A stretch of 64,000 nt of DNA from the NCBI GenBank assembly GCA_964016885.1, contig OZ024747.1, positions 77,004,001-77,068,000 of the forward strand, in the 5' to 3' direction. Under the pieces are notes generated by a model, which had not been told where the DNA came from, did no database searches, and saw only the letters and a list, made by a program, of their open reading frames with translations. Every line of letters starts with the position of its first letter. Position 1 is the stretch's first letter. The position numbers and the translations under genes were made by a program. The DNA comes from Eledone cirrhosa (taxonomy: Eukaryota). Below, in pieces: positions 1 to 12,847 of this stretch.

Positions 1-269
1 CGATTGCTGGCTATTTGTCTCATAAACCTCACCATTGAAACACTAAAATAGCCATCACAATGAACAAGTATCCCCCAATATTACAGCCATATATAAGAGG
101 GCGATGTCGGAAGAGCGTCGGACAATATACCTAGTGGTATATAGTTACGTCCCTATATTAATTTGTATAACACTTTAATTCTTTAAGTTTGAAGAATGCA
201 CCTTTTGAGATGTGCGTCCTATGCGGCAGTCTAGTTGACACAATGGTGGAGCCGACCATTCCTATTTCT

Positions 270-680
270 TAAGTCTTGTGTGATCACAAAATGCAGTACA
301 ATTCCAAATGTATTCATCTGAACATAATGTCTACAAAATACTATGTACTTGATCTCTGTCTACTGAATGGAATATTCTAAAGCATCGGTGTATAATATAA
401 CATCATCGATTTTACTGCAGTTTTTCCAATGAAGTTGTTTTATAAATAATGACTTCCAGATATTTGAGGTTATACAATGTATCAAAATCAGCCCCCTGGG
501 ACAAAGAATATTTGTTTTACTGTGTGTTCTGTGACAAATTGAGCTAGCTCAAATATATTTATTTCCATTAAATTGTATAGAATTCCACCCCAGTCAAATT
601 TGCTAAAGAGTGAATAATTTATTGCAGTAAAGTTTGTCTCGGAGTTTTTGCGCAGTTTAAAGTCATCAGCTAAATTCTTG
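270..680 (-). pseudogene. Highly degenerate CR1/L2-like LINE reverse transcriptase relic
   Basis: Minus-strand peptide fragments occur in the expected order across frameshifts and stops: LADDFKL (~F/YADDTKL), IQFNGNK, NLKYLEVII (~KDLGVII), LELYCIL*SHK (~LEYCSxxWSPH). Confidence 0.4.
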
Positions 681-866
681 CTTTTAATACAACTAAATTA
701 TCATAAAAACCACCAATACGACCACGACCAAGACTTCAACGACCACCAATAACACTATGCTTGGTATAGTTAGTAAACAGTCATAACGTTTCGACGCTAG
801 TTCTTCATCGTGCGAGAGAAGACTGAAGAGAAAAAAAGGAAGACAGACAAGAGCAAAACATGTGTA

Positions 867-926
<60 letters not shown>

Positions 927-1174
927 TATATATATATATAAAGTGATTTTCGATACGGCTAGTATTTAATGTTCTAAGACCTTCAACAGAGAAAAATAGT
1001 AATCTTCTACCCACAAAGATATCAGTAGCTTGTAGTTATTTACGATGTATGCAAACTTGGACGCAACTAAACGGGTCAGTCTAATTTGCGTAAAAATGCA
1101 TACACCGATAACGTAGATTAATTAACCAATGTCGGTTTTCCTCAATAGCATAACATGACACAATACAGCTTGCC

Positions 1175-1297
1175 ATGTGAGCTGGAGCAACGTGAAATAA
1201 AATGTCTGGCTCAGTGACTCATTACGCTGCCCGTTCCTGAAATGGAATTTACAATCAGAAGATTGTGAGCCAAACATTCTGACTACTATGCCACGTA
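1175..1297 (-). mobile_element. Degenerate tRNA-headed SINE (family B)
   Basis: ctggagcaacgtgaaataaaatgtctggctc... matches the body and head of the copy at 30535-30820. Confidence 0.55.
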
Positions 1298-1892
1298 TCT
1301 TCACTTCTTCGTAAATAGCTACGTATTTATATCACTTCTTGCTCCGAGCAAGAGAAACAAGGAAACTGCTGATATAAATGTATATGCCTTGGAACCTGTT
1401 GTTCTCAACAGAACTATAAGGAATGGACAATTTTTAACACCCTCAAACTAAAACCTATCCCTATTTTAGCGAAAAACGTTGTTTTTAAAAATAATGTTAT
1501 TTTGATGCTGTGAATAATTGCATATCTTTAGGCAGTTAACAATAAATTTCTGCCTTACTGTTGTAAAGCATATCTTATAAGCATTTGATTTATATAAAGG
1601 AAATGATAGTTGGCCTGATAGTAAAATAAAAGGAGACTGTTTGGAATACTCCTGATATAGGGATAGAATTTTCATCTGATATAGATACAGATTTGTGTAA
1701 AGAAATGTTTGAGCTTTCAATTTCGAACATGGGTGCAGAATATGATCACGAATACAAGCGGCGGAAATGGGTGGAAATGGGTAAAAACGAACAAAAAAGA
1801 ACACATCCCTTCATTAACTATTACATGAGGTTCAACACTGCTTTGCCAGTTTAACCAACAGGACTGCATGCATTATAGTAGTGCCAATGTCG

Positions 1893-2050
1893 AAATGGCT
1901 TCTACAGGACTAGAACTGTAATGATTTCTTTTGAATGAAAAGGTTCTAGTCCTGTAGAATCCATTTATGTATTAAACTTGATGTTTACACTCTAGTAATG
2001 TATTGAGTACATTATTAACTGTGTTTTCCCCCGATTGAACCCGGGACTCA
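1893..2050 (+). mobile_element. PLE pLTR-like remnant (family P2) with inverted 5' end, ending at (CA)n
   Basis: Homologous to 8141-8278 and 35341-35527. 24-bp inverted repeat 1893-1916/1943-1966 (1 mismatch). Hammerhead-like tgatttct..gaatgaaa core. Confidence 0.6.
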
Positions 2051-2066
2051 CACACACACACACATG

Positions 2067-2136
<70 letters not shown>

Positions 2137-2460
2137 TTTGTGTGTAAATGTGAGATCTCCTATAAGTACCCAGTAGTCAACTTCACCTTTATGTTGTATT
2201 GTTTGGTATTTTATTCTTTGAAATACCAAAACCGACGGAACCTCTTCTACTGCCAGACGGCAGCATCGATTTTGAATTTTACCAATACCATAACGTCTAC
2301 TCAACAGGGAGATATCACACTTGAAATATCGATCGGAAAAAATTCGCTTCGTTCAACTTTACGTGAAGAATAGGACATATTGTAATTCAATCATATTAGA
2401 ATTAGAATTAGAATTTTCTAAAATGAAATATTAAAATATTTTCTGCAAAACATACACAAT

Positions 2461-2930
<470 letters not shown>

Positions 2931-3439
2931 GTGTTCGTCCGTATGTGTGAATAAATAGATACAGTAAAATTAATCAAAAGGCCGCTTATATCATTGAAAT
3001 AAATGTCAGAAGAACTATTAAGATATAGAATGCTTATTTTGTCATCTAAAGCTCTGTAAGAGACAAATGTTTAACATTTTGGCAGATTAAAATAGGATGT
3101 TATTTATAGTTTTCTATCGATTTCTTTCCTAAAATATACGTTCATATATTCCCTACGGTATTATACCAGAGGCCACGCCTATTTCACATCTTTGGATCTA
3201 TAAATCTATGTAATCGTTTTGTTTTACCAATATTACAATATTGTCTATATATTTTTTTCAAGCTGGAAGAGATGGGAACTTGTCAACAACAGCTGTACTG
3301 GCAGCACCAAAAATAGCAGCCATAGAAGTAATAACTCTTCTCAACACAACATCCGAGGAGGGGCCTCTTCCCTATTCTGAATTTCCCGACATAATGAAGG
3401 AGATATAAATGAGACAAACTGTCGCTGAAAAGGAGAGGA

Positions 3440-3895
3440 GAAAAAAGATTATCATGCTGGGAGTATCTTTCAAGGAGTTCCTTCGCAACTCTCATGATCT
3501 TATCTGTCTCATGCAGACAGACTTGTGCAGGAGATGGGCCCCAACGCTTCGAGATTCGTAAATGTTGTCGGGGGGATATGATTCGACATTCAAATGCTGT
3601 CTGGACGGATGTTAGCCTGCTGCCTCCCTGCCTACGTTTCAAGTAAAGGCGCTCTAAGTCACTGTTGATATGGAAGTTTCCGGTGTTGTTTAGTGTTTTT
3701 CAGGGTTTAACATCAATAGTTCGGATTTTGTCTATCACCCAATCGAGTATTCCAAACGTTGGTGTTAGGACAGGTACAGCAAACACATTGGGAGCAACTG
3801 TTTTATTGTGCGCAGAGATTTCAGATGACCATATTTTTCTTAATCGGGTGTAATATTCCCTGGTTACGAGTTTCTTGTCACAGATACCGTCATGC
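3440..3895 (-). pseudogene. R4/Dong-like non-LTR retrotransposon fragment, post-RT region
   Basis: EYYTRLRKIWSSEISAHNK..NVFAVPVLTPTFGILDW, frameshift, then FHINSDLERLYLKRRQGGSRL; typical of R4-clade thumb/linker sequence. Confidence 0.8.
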
Positions 3896-3914
3896 ATGTG
3901 TGTATATATGTATG

Positions 3915-4176
3915 TCATCTTCGCAGTCATAAAGTGAGACCAGTGGTTGACTACCAGACTGCTGTCGGAGATGCTACTCATCATACCTGTCAAGCATGTG
4001 GTAGAGAGTGTAGATCAGCAGGAGGGCTCAAATGACATGCAAAAGTACTTGAAGACCAACCACAGCCAGTTATTGCCAGTGAATGTTTGTATCATGGTTG
4101 CCAATCATGGTTGCCAATCGCAGCACTGTTAAGATATCGAGCAATGGCCATACTCGATAACGTGGGGACAGTCATC
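3915..4176 (+). mobile_element. RTE-like LINE 3' fragment (C-terminal C2H2 finger plus 3' end)
   Basis: Frame reads ATHHTCQACGRECRSAGGLK*HAK. It ends in gcaatggccatactcgataacg..catcat, which is shared with 6531-6572. Confidence 0.6.
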
Positions 4177-4252
4177 ATGTATAGGAAGAGAGAGTGAGAG
4201 TGAGAGATGGAGACATTGGTGGAGAAACATATCTTTTCAATTGAGTCGTGAG

Positions 4253-4430
4253 GATGATGATGATGATGATGATGATGTTGATGATGAAGAAGAAGAAGAA
4301 GAAGAAGAAGAAGAAGAAGAAGAAGAAGAAGAAGAAGAAGAAGAAGAAGAAGAAGAAGAAGAAGAACAACAACAACAACAACAACAACAACAACCATCAT
4401 CATTATCATCAACATCATCAACAACAACAC
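4253..4430. repeat. (GAT)n-(GAA)n-(CAA)n trinucleotide array
   Basis: Direct inspection. Confidence 0.95.
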
Positions 4431-4805
4431 AAGAGGAGGCATGAGAAAGCTGAGGAATTTAATTAGCAATAATGAAATTGTCTGTGTTGTATGAACAAAT
4501 GTGGTGTGGTTGTAATTATCACAGATCACCTATAAACGGTAAGCTGTGGCTCGCTGGAAAACAATTAACAATTATCTCTTAATTGTCTTCTCTCTGTGGT
4601 GGTGGTGGTCGTCGTCGTCGTCGTTGTAGTTGTTTTTGCTGATTTGTTTGGGACATAAGAAGATTAGGCTGTTATTTCTAGCAGGTCAAACTACCGCAGC
4701 CTTTACTCGTTTGCCTGTTTCTGTAGTTTTTCTTGTTATTTAGCCAAAGGTGAAACCTCATCATTTAAAGGTGCTTCGTCCAATAGGTTGCTTTAGGGAT
4801 GTGAA

Positions 4806-5100
4806 GGTGTGTGACTCGGTGGTTAGAGTGATTGGCTCACCATCCTAAGGTTGTGAGTTCGATTCCTGGCTGCATGTTGTGTCCTTGAACAACACAGCTT
4901 ATTTTAAATTCCTCCAGTCCACTCAGTTGGTAAAATTGAGTTATATTTTGTAATTTAAAGGACCAACTTTATCACACACTCTCACACTGAATCTCCTCGA
5001 GAATTACGTTAAGGGAAGCTAGACGTGTTTGTGGCATGCTCCATCACTTGCAAGTTAATCTCATGAGCAGGTAGTACCATCGTGTCGTCTTCTGTAAGCT
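4806..5100 (+). mobile_element. tRNA-derived SINE (family B)
   Basis: A-box-like tgactcggtgg, B-box gagttcgattc, followed by a ttgtgtccttg..ctccagtccactcag body. Confidence 0.7.
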
Positions 5101-5135
5101 TTCATCCTTTGAATCGTAAAAAATGTTTCACAGAT

Positions 5136-5758
5136 ATTGTTTCTACTTTTGGCACAAGGTCAGCAATTACTCCAGTGTATTACTGGTACTTCATTTTATC
5201 TACCCCGCAAGGATGAAAGGCAAAGTTAACCTCGGCGAGATTTTGACTCGGATCATAAAGGGCCGTAACTGTATGCCACAAAGTATATTGTCCAACGCTC
5301 TACAGTTACTGTCAACAACCCCACCCCTCCAATGACACATTAATAATAAAAATAATATTTATAGAGAGAGACATATATATATATATAAGTGCTTTAATTA
5401 GAAACTATGAATCTATGATGACTTTATACAACGTCCTTTCGTTGGTGAAGACGGTAGGATCTTATCCGAAGGACATTTTTATGACTTATCAGATCATAAA
5501 GGGCCGTAACTCTATGCTGAAAAGCATGGCGACCGACCCTCTACCAATATTGCCAAACCACCCCAATAATTGTTTCCACTTTGGACACAAGGCCAGCAAT
5601 TACCCAGTGTATTACTGGTACTTTATTTTATCGACCCCATAAGGATGAAAGGCAAAGTTAACCTCGGCGGGATTTGAACTCAGAATGGCAAGGACCGTAA
5701 CTCTATGCTTCAAAGCATTACGTCCGACCCTCTACCGATACTGCTAATCTACCACTCC
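5136..5758 (-). mobile_element. Cluster of tRNA-derived SINEs (family A), including a templated insert
   Basis: Reverse complement of the family A consensus (tggcagtatcgg A-box, gagttcaaatc B-box, gcctttcatccttacggggtcgataaaataaagtaccag core). Copies at 5136-5330, 5492-5562 and 5566-5758. Confidence 0.9.
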
Positions 5759-6003
5759 AATAATAATGGGTAAGAAGCTGAACATGTATCTTGGATATTG
5801 GATCTCCAAACACCTCATAGATATCTTCCTTCCCTTGTGTCTTTCTTATTACACTCACATCAAGTGAGCAGCTGACTTCTACAACAGAGCATATTCTATG
5901 TCTTTAATGTGTGGTTCTAAACAATATCAGGCTGGTTGTATTTGGTGGAAATATTTAGGTTCTACAAGTTTTCCTTTCAACTATCAGGTTCAACATATTC
6001 CTC
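5755..6003 (-). pseudogene. R4/Dong-like REL endonuclease fragment
   Basis: Nucleotide similarity to 62070-62260 (cctgatattgtt..ccacacatt..atccaagatacat..cagcttc..acccat..attattggag); abuts (TATG)n. Confidence 0.7.
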
Positions 6004-6261
6004 CTTATGTATGTGTGTATGTATTACGTATGCATGTATATGTATGTATGTATGTAAGTATGTATCTATGTATGTATGTTAGTGCGTGCATGTGTATGTA
6101 TGGTGTGTATGTATGTGAGTGCGTGCATGTGCATGTATGTATGTATGCATGTATATATGTATATATGTATGTGAGTGCGTGCGTGTGCACGTATGTATGT
6201 ATGTATATGTATGTATATATATATGTATGTATGTATGTACGTATGTATGTATACATACGCG

Positions 6262-6572
6262 GTTAAATCACTGGGAGTGAAGGACCCCTAGCCTTTGTCA
6301 GGGCATTCTTCTAGAAGGCAACTCAGGAAACTGGGATAACTCCGATATAAAACCTGCGGCTCAGTAGTTACCGATGATGTTGATGTTTTCGTCTTTTCGG
6401 GTTATAGCTACTGTCGCTCAGAGAGTGGGATTGGCTCAGTGCACAGTCTTCCCTCACTTTAAAAAATATATCTTAATGCACAGGCATTGCACGATAGAAT
6501 TAATTAATAATTATTAATAATGGTATGTTGTGCAATGGCCATACTCGATAACGAGGGGGCAGCCATCATCAT
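6262..6572 (+). mobile_element. Short non-autonomous element with RTE-type 3' end
   Basis: No ORF. The last ~40 nt match the end of the RTE fragment at 4141-4176; the 5' part resembles an RTE 5' UTR. Confidence 0.5.
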
Positions 6573-6659
6573 GTATGGTTATATGGCTGTATCTTTCTGT
6601 TAGTTGTTTGGTGAAGAATGTGTCAACAGATCTCTTCTGTATTCTAGCTTCTCCTCACA

Positions 6660-6870
6660 CCTTCCCTCTCTACTCTCACTTGAACCTCCCTCTCTTTATG
6701 ATGACATACCCCCCTCTCCTCCCGCCTCTACACTGAACCTAACTCTCTCTTTCTGATGACAGACCCCTCTCTCTACTCTCACCTGAAGCTGCCCCTCTCT
6801 TTATGATGACAGACCCCTCTCCTCCCGCCTCTACACTGAAAGTCCCTCTCTTTCTGATGACACCACACAC
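6660..6870. repeat. ~50-bp degenerate minisatellite, ~4 copies
   Basis: Repeated ctacactgaa..ccctctcttt(a/c)tgatgaca..cccctctcctcccgcct. Confidence 0.75.
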
Positions 6871-7252
6871 CTCCGCCCCCTCCACACATCGCCATACTCA
6901 GCCCCCCTCCCCCCACCTCTATACTACACACCTCCTCCCCCTCCTCTTCCTCCTCTCACTTCCATACTCAGCTCCCCCCCTCTCTTTCCGATGACATTTA
7001 ACATTTTTACAATTCTGACGTAAACAAGGAATCAGGAGAAATGAGTTTATCGCGAGAGTTAAAGAAACGACAAACACGGACAATGGGGGGGGGGGGGGAT
7101 AGAGAGAGAGGGAGGGAGAGAGAGAGGGAGAGAAAAAGAGAGTATATAAAATGAGGCGGGATTTTGATATCGGTTTATGGTAATAACTGAATTGGAATAC
7201 TATATATGAGTATATATATATGTATATATAAATGTATATAAATGTATACATG

Positions 7253-7299
<47 letters not shown>

Positions 7300-7535
7300 C
7301 ATTTATTTTGTTTTGACCGGTTTAGCTTGATTTGGTTTTTGGCTTAGGTGGTTAATGCCTTCTTGACCACCTTTTCAGTTTTGTATGGCTTCTTAACATA
7401 TTGTTTAGCTCTGGTTTTTAACTATGGCCCACTTTGCCAGTATCATTTCTGATTTTTGCGTTTCGCTTCGCTTTTCCTGCCCGCCGAAATGCGATTCTTG
7501 CTGAATCTTTATTTGTATATATATATATATATATA

Positions 7536-7716
7536 GCGAAAGAAAAGTGGTAAGGAACCAGGTGGACCATAACGCACCAAAGTACTCAATACTTAGGGTA
7601 GTAGAGTGGGTAATAGGAGTAAGTAAGACCCCGACGGCTGAGCTCAAGCCGTTTCGACGGCTAATTAGCCGCCGAAACGGCTTTAGCTCAGCCGTCGGGG
7701 TCTTACTTACTCCTAT
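7536..7716 (-). mobile_element. PLE pLTR-like remnant (family P1) with 52-bp palindromic arms, in (TA)n
   Basis: Homologous to 32809-32940 and 35914-35966. Palindrome 7613-7716 centred on ctaa|ttag with 2 mismatches; cgaaac hammerhead-like 3' half. Confidence 0.65.
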
Positions 7717-7738
7717 ATATATATATATATGTGTGTGT

Positions 7739-7788
<50 letters not shown>

Positions 7789-7794
7789 CGGTGT

Positions 7795-7942
7795 GTAGTG
7801 AAAGCGTGAAGAATAACATGGTGGGCTGTACAAAAAGGGCTTTATTTACAGTATTAACAATTGTTTCATTGATCAGGTGAGTCTAAAGGCCGCTGATCAC
7901 TTTTTGTACAGCCGACCATGTTATTCTTCACTCTTTCACTAC
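7795..7942 (-). mobile_element. pLTR-like remnant with 43-bp inverted repeats next to (TG)n
   Basis: 7795-7837 is the reverse complement of 7900-7942 (2 mismatches). The spacer on the minus strand reads tgatcag..ctgatca-at-gaaacaattgtta, i.e. hairpin, GAAA, palindromic stem III. Confidence 0.5.
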
Positions 7943-8140
7943 TATTACTCCAAGAATAACCAGCATGGAAATTCTCGCGAACTCCCTACCTAACTAAGGA
8001 AACCTCTCGTTGAGTCAAACAACGCCGTACGTTAAAACTATCCATAGTACAGAGTACTCACAACCTCTAACTGGATTACCTAAAACGATAACTTGTTATC
8101 CCCCCCCCCCACACACACATAGACACACATATATATATAT

Positions 8141-8275
8141 CAGGGCTTCTTGATGATTTCTCCAGAATGAAACAGTTCTAGTTCTGTAGAAGCCATTTCT
8201 ATATTAAATGTTTATACTCTGCTATGTATTGAGTACCTTACTTACTGTGGTTACCCCCGATTGAACCAGGATAAA

Positions 8276-8278
<3 letters not shown>
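8141..8278 (+). mobile_element. PLE pLTR-like remnant (family P2) in (TA)n
   Basis: tgatgatttctccagaatgaaacagttcta..gattgaaccaggataa; homologous to 35341-35473; (TA)n on both sides. Confidence 0.6.
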
Positions 8279-8324
<46 letters not shown>

Positions 8325-8546
8325 GCACAAAATGACAAGCATATTCTCGTAATTGTAGGGAATTGAACTTGAACCACGTATCAGTCGTGTGTGGGATGTA
8401 ATAGTTAAATGTTTTCCCTCCACCCCGTCATTATTTACATTTAACTACTATTATCATAGATATTTCTATTGTAGCCGTCTGGGTGGCCTAGTCTGGGTTT
8501 CAATCGTTGTCAGGAAATACACATAGATGGTCTTACTAAACCTTTA

Positions 8547-9130
8547 GAGGACGGTAGATTGGCAGAATTGTGTACATTCTGAGTTCACATCCCCCGACCT
8601 TAGCTTTGCCTTTCAGCCATACAGGAATGATAAGATAAGGTACCAGCAATGCACTGGGGGCGGTTTAATCCTTCCCTCTCCTCAAAATCATTGGTTTTGT
8701 GTCAAGTGAAACCTTAATCCCGTTGCGCCTATTTCTACAAAGTTCAAACTTCGCGAATGTTCGTAGATCAACTAACCCAATATGGCGGGTATTTATATCT
8801 TATCGGCTTTGAATGGGGTGAAAGGTTTGGTTGACCTTCGAAGGATTTGAACTCAGAGAACGTAAAGAGACAAGAAAAACACCAAAGCATTTTTCTGGGG
8901 CTCTGCCGTTTCTGTCAATCAGGCGTCTTGACAAAAATGATTATAAAGGTTTCCGATTTAAGCTTAAAGCCAACAATTTTGGGGGGAAGGAAAAATCGAT
9001 TAAATCGACCCAGTACGTTACTGGTACTTTATTTTATCAAACCCGTAATGTTGAACGTCAAAGCTAACCTTGGTGGGACTTGAACTCAGAACGTAAATAG
9101 TTGGAATAAATACTACAAAGCATTTATTCC
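8547..9130. mobile_element. Three diverged family A SINEs (+ 8547-8705; - 8790-8930; - 8945-9130)
   Basis: B-box gagttca / tgaactcaga and core motifs are recognisable. Confidence 0.65.
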
Positions 9131-9182
9131 AGCGCTATAGTGATTCTGTGTGTGAGAGAGAGAGAGTGTGTGTGTGTGAGAG

Positions 9183-9214
<32 letters not shown>

Positions 9215-9325
9215 AGTGTGTGTATGGGGGGGGGGGTATCTGACTCTGTGGGGTGGAGAAAGATATAGTAATATATTGAGGGAATGAATGTAAAAGAGAG
9301 ACAGGGAGGTAAGAAAATAAATAGA

Positions 9326-10505
9326 TAGATATGTTTCTTTATTAGCCACAGGGGCACAAAAGAAGGGGACAAATACAAAGTTTACATACAATAAATACGT
9401 GTAAAAAGATATGTTTCTTTTATTTGCCACTAGGGCATCAAAAGTGGGACAAGTACAAAGGGGGGAGTTTACACAAAAAGGCGTCCTCAATAAGGAGGAG
9501 GCAATAACAAAATATAAAAATAAAATAAGATATAACAAAAAATAAAATTTATAACAAAATCCTCAATAGAGAGGAGGCGCCTTGGGGGGTCGCACACACC
9601 CCCGAAAAAAGTGTGCAACCATTTTCCTCAGGAGCACAGAGAGGGGTGCTCCCTCGTTCCTTCCTCTTTTCCACCTACAGGCTTATGTAAAGAGAAGGCC
9701 CATTCACACGGGCCATTCTCGCCACTTTCACCCACCTTTCATAAAAACGACTGGGGTGGAGCACCTCTCTCTCCATCCTGATCCTTCTTCCGAAATGATA
9801 TCGGAAGAAACGGACCAGTTGTTGGCCAGAGAGAAAGGTGCCTGACCTCAGTCCTTTCAGACGCGTCCACCATACAACCTCTTTCGCCATGGCTATTACG
9901 CACAGAAACACCGCCTCTGCTTCATCTTTGAAGGGGGGAGGCGTCTTGATCATTACAATAGACTCGGTGGTCAACCGGATCGGTCCCACCCTTGACAGCA
10001 GTTGTTCGACATAGCCCCACAGATCGGCTACGCCCGAGCAGTGTACCAATGCGTGTGCAACGGTTTCCTCGTCGCACACGCATCTGGGACAGATCTTTTT
10101 GGCGGGGTCCCTACCCGGGCGCCCGTGTCTGTAGAGCCTTTCTCGAACGGGTAAAGCCTCTCGGTAGCACTGCCAGGCCAGGGACTTCTCGAAGTTGTCC
10201 ATAGGTCCCGGGCTGAATGTCCTACCGAACAGGCTGGCCAGTTCGTCCTCCTCCATGTCTAGGGCTTCTCCGAGGGCGTCGTCGCACCTGCTGCGTACCA
10301 GCCCTCTATAGAATGTTGCGGTGGAGTCTCCACTGATAACCGGATCCGCCTGCCAGAGGGCGGTGAGCGCCTGGGCACACTCAGTGTGCCAGGCGCCCAG
10401 TTTTCTCGGTCTTTGCTTGACCCAGGATTGCAGCTCGGTGAGTGAGACGAGTCTGGGAAAGGTTCGTCTCACAAACGAGGCCCACGCCGGTTGACCGGTG
10501 AGGAA
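9326..10505 (-). mobile_element. 5'-truncated L1/Tx1-clade LINE in a (GATA)n array
   Basis: Open ORF2 C-terminus 10500->9675 with LAWQCYREALPV and a CPRCVCDEETVAHALVHC zinc knuckle, GC-rich. 3' UTR ends aataaagaaacatatctatct. The 5' junction is fused to (TATC)n. Confidence 0.85.
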
Positions 10506-10512
10506 TACGTAG

Positions 10513-10581
10513 AGAGATAGATAGATAGATAGATAGATAGACAGATAGCTAGATAGATAGATAGACAGATAGATAGACAGG

Positions 10582-10666
<85 letters not shown>
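10513..10666. repeat. (GATA)n array
   Basis: Direct inspection. Confidence 0.95.
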
Positions 10667-10876
10667 CGACAGGTAGATAAGTAGGAAGGCTGGAAACTAC
10701 TTCTAATCGAGTGTGCACCGGGTGCAGAATAGCAATGTGCAACATTATTATTTTTATTTTATTTATTTTTGCCGCGTTTTTCATGTTTTCTTTTTCCTAA
10801 TGGGGTATGTAGTTGACATGGCGTCTACAGCTCACCTCACTCTCACAGACACCACATATCTTACACGGCTAACACC

Positions 10877-10925
10877 TACACATACACACACACATACATA
10901 CACATACATACACATATACATACAC

Positions 10926-10966
<41 letters not shown>

Positions 10967-11605
10967 TACATACATACACACATACACATATAAATACATA
11001 TATACATACGTACATATATACCTACCTACATACGTGTGTACATACATATATACTTACCTACCTACATACACACATACATACATACATACACACATACATG
11101 CATGCATATAGATACGTACACACAAACATACATACATACATACATACATACATACAAACATACATATATACATACAAACATACGCACAAACATATATACA
11201 TACATACATGCATATATACATACATACATACATACAAATATACATACACACAAACATACATACATACACACATACATACATGCAAACATACATACATACA
11301 TATATACATACACACATACATACATGCAAACATACACACATGCACACCCACGCATACATACATACACACACACACACACATACATACACACAAACATACA
11401 CACACACCACACACATACATACACACAAACATACACACACACATACATACACACAAACATACACACAAACATACACACATACATACATACATACATACAT
11501 ACATACATACATACAGACATACATACAAACATACATACATACATACATACATACATACATACATACATACATACATACATACATACAAACATACATATAT
11601 ACACA
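10877..11605. repeat. (TACA)n/(CA)n compound array
   Basis: Direct inspection. Confidence 0.95.
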
Positions 11606-11656
11606 ACTCATGCAGACAAGATCTTTCGGCTGCCATATTGCAATAGCGTGTTTGCA

Positions 11657-11886
11657 TGTGATGAATGGTAAGAGACCGAGGCCCAGCGTGAAGGAAAGGC
11701 GGCGTGTCGACTGCGGTCTTTTCATGTTATGTGTTGTTCGTGACCAACAGGCTGACTGACGAACGCCTAGAATTAACCGGATGTGAGACGATAGCAAAAT
11801 GGTTGGAATGGGATTAGATCTGTGAATAAAAATTCATAGTCACTTTCGTCACGAACTTGTATTTATTTGGTCAGATCAGCACTACA
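11657..11886 (+). mobile_element. Possible solo LTR
   Basis: TGTGATG..CACTACA termini with AATAAA ~60 nt from the end; no TSD found. Confidence 0.25.
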
Positions 11887-11889
11887 ACT

Positions 11890-12331
11890 GGGGAGAGAGG
11901 GAAGGAGAGAGGTAGAGAGGGAGGGGGAAGGGGAGAGGGAAGGGGAGGAGGGGAAAAGGGTGGGAGGGATGGAGAAAGGGAAGGAGAGAGGTAGAGAGGG
12001 AGGGAAGATAGATAGATAGATAGAGAGAGAGAGAGGAGAGAGGGAGGTGAAGAAGAAACATGACGAGAAGGAGGTGGAGGAGACGAAGGAACGTCAAGGT
12101 GAAGAAGAAGAAGGTAGAGGAGGAGGAGGAGGAGGAGGAGGATGAGGAAGTGGTAGAGAAGGTAAGGGTGTGTGTGGTGAATGAAGAGCAATGAGAGCAG
12201 GAAGAGGAAGGACAAGAGCAAGTACGAGATGGTGGAGACGAAGGCGAGGGGATGGAGAAAGTGGATAGATGATGATGATGATCATGATGATGATGGTGAT
12301 GATGATGATGATGGTGATGGTGATGATGATG

Positions 12332-12362
<31 letters not shown>

Positions 12363-12777
12363 CAGTGAAGGTGACCATAATGATGAGGGCGATGATGATG
12401 TTGACGGCCGTGTTGGAGAAAATACATCGCAAGTTGGAGAAACAGGAAAGAAAATATAAAAATATAAAAATATATAAAAATATAAAAATATAAAAATATA
12501 TAAAAATATAAAATATAAAAATATATAAAAATATAAAAATATAAAAATATAAAAATATATAAAAATATATAAAAATATAAAAACATAAAGATATAAAAAC
12601 AATATAAAAATATAAAAACAATATAAAAACAATATAAAAAGCCGACAAAAATCGATTCTTCTCTCTTCTCGCCATTTTTCTTGGTTGTTTTTATTTGATA
12701 CTCTACCAATAACATCTTTTATACAACACCACCCCTCTCTCTCTCTCTCTCTCTCTCTACCTTACTTTCCTCCTTAC

Positions 12778-12847
<70 letters not shown>

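Noticed and set aside
9675-10784. 369-aa ORF as a complete gene
   Set aside because: The N-terminal ~95 aa come from flank and (TATC)n; only the C-terminal part is LINE ORF2.
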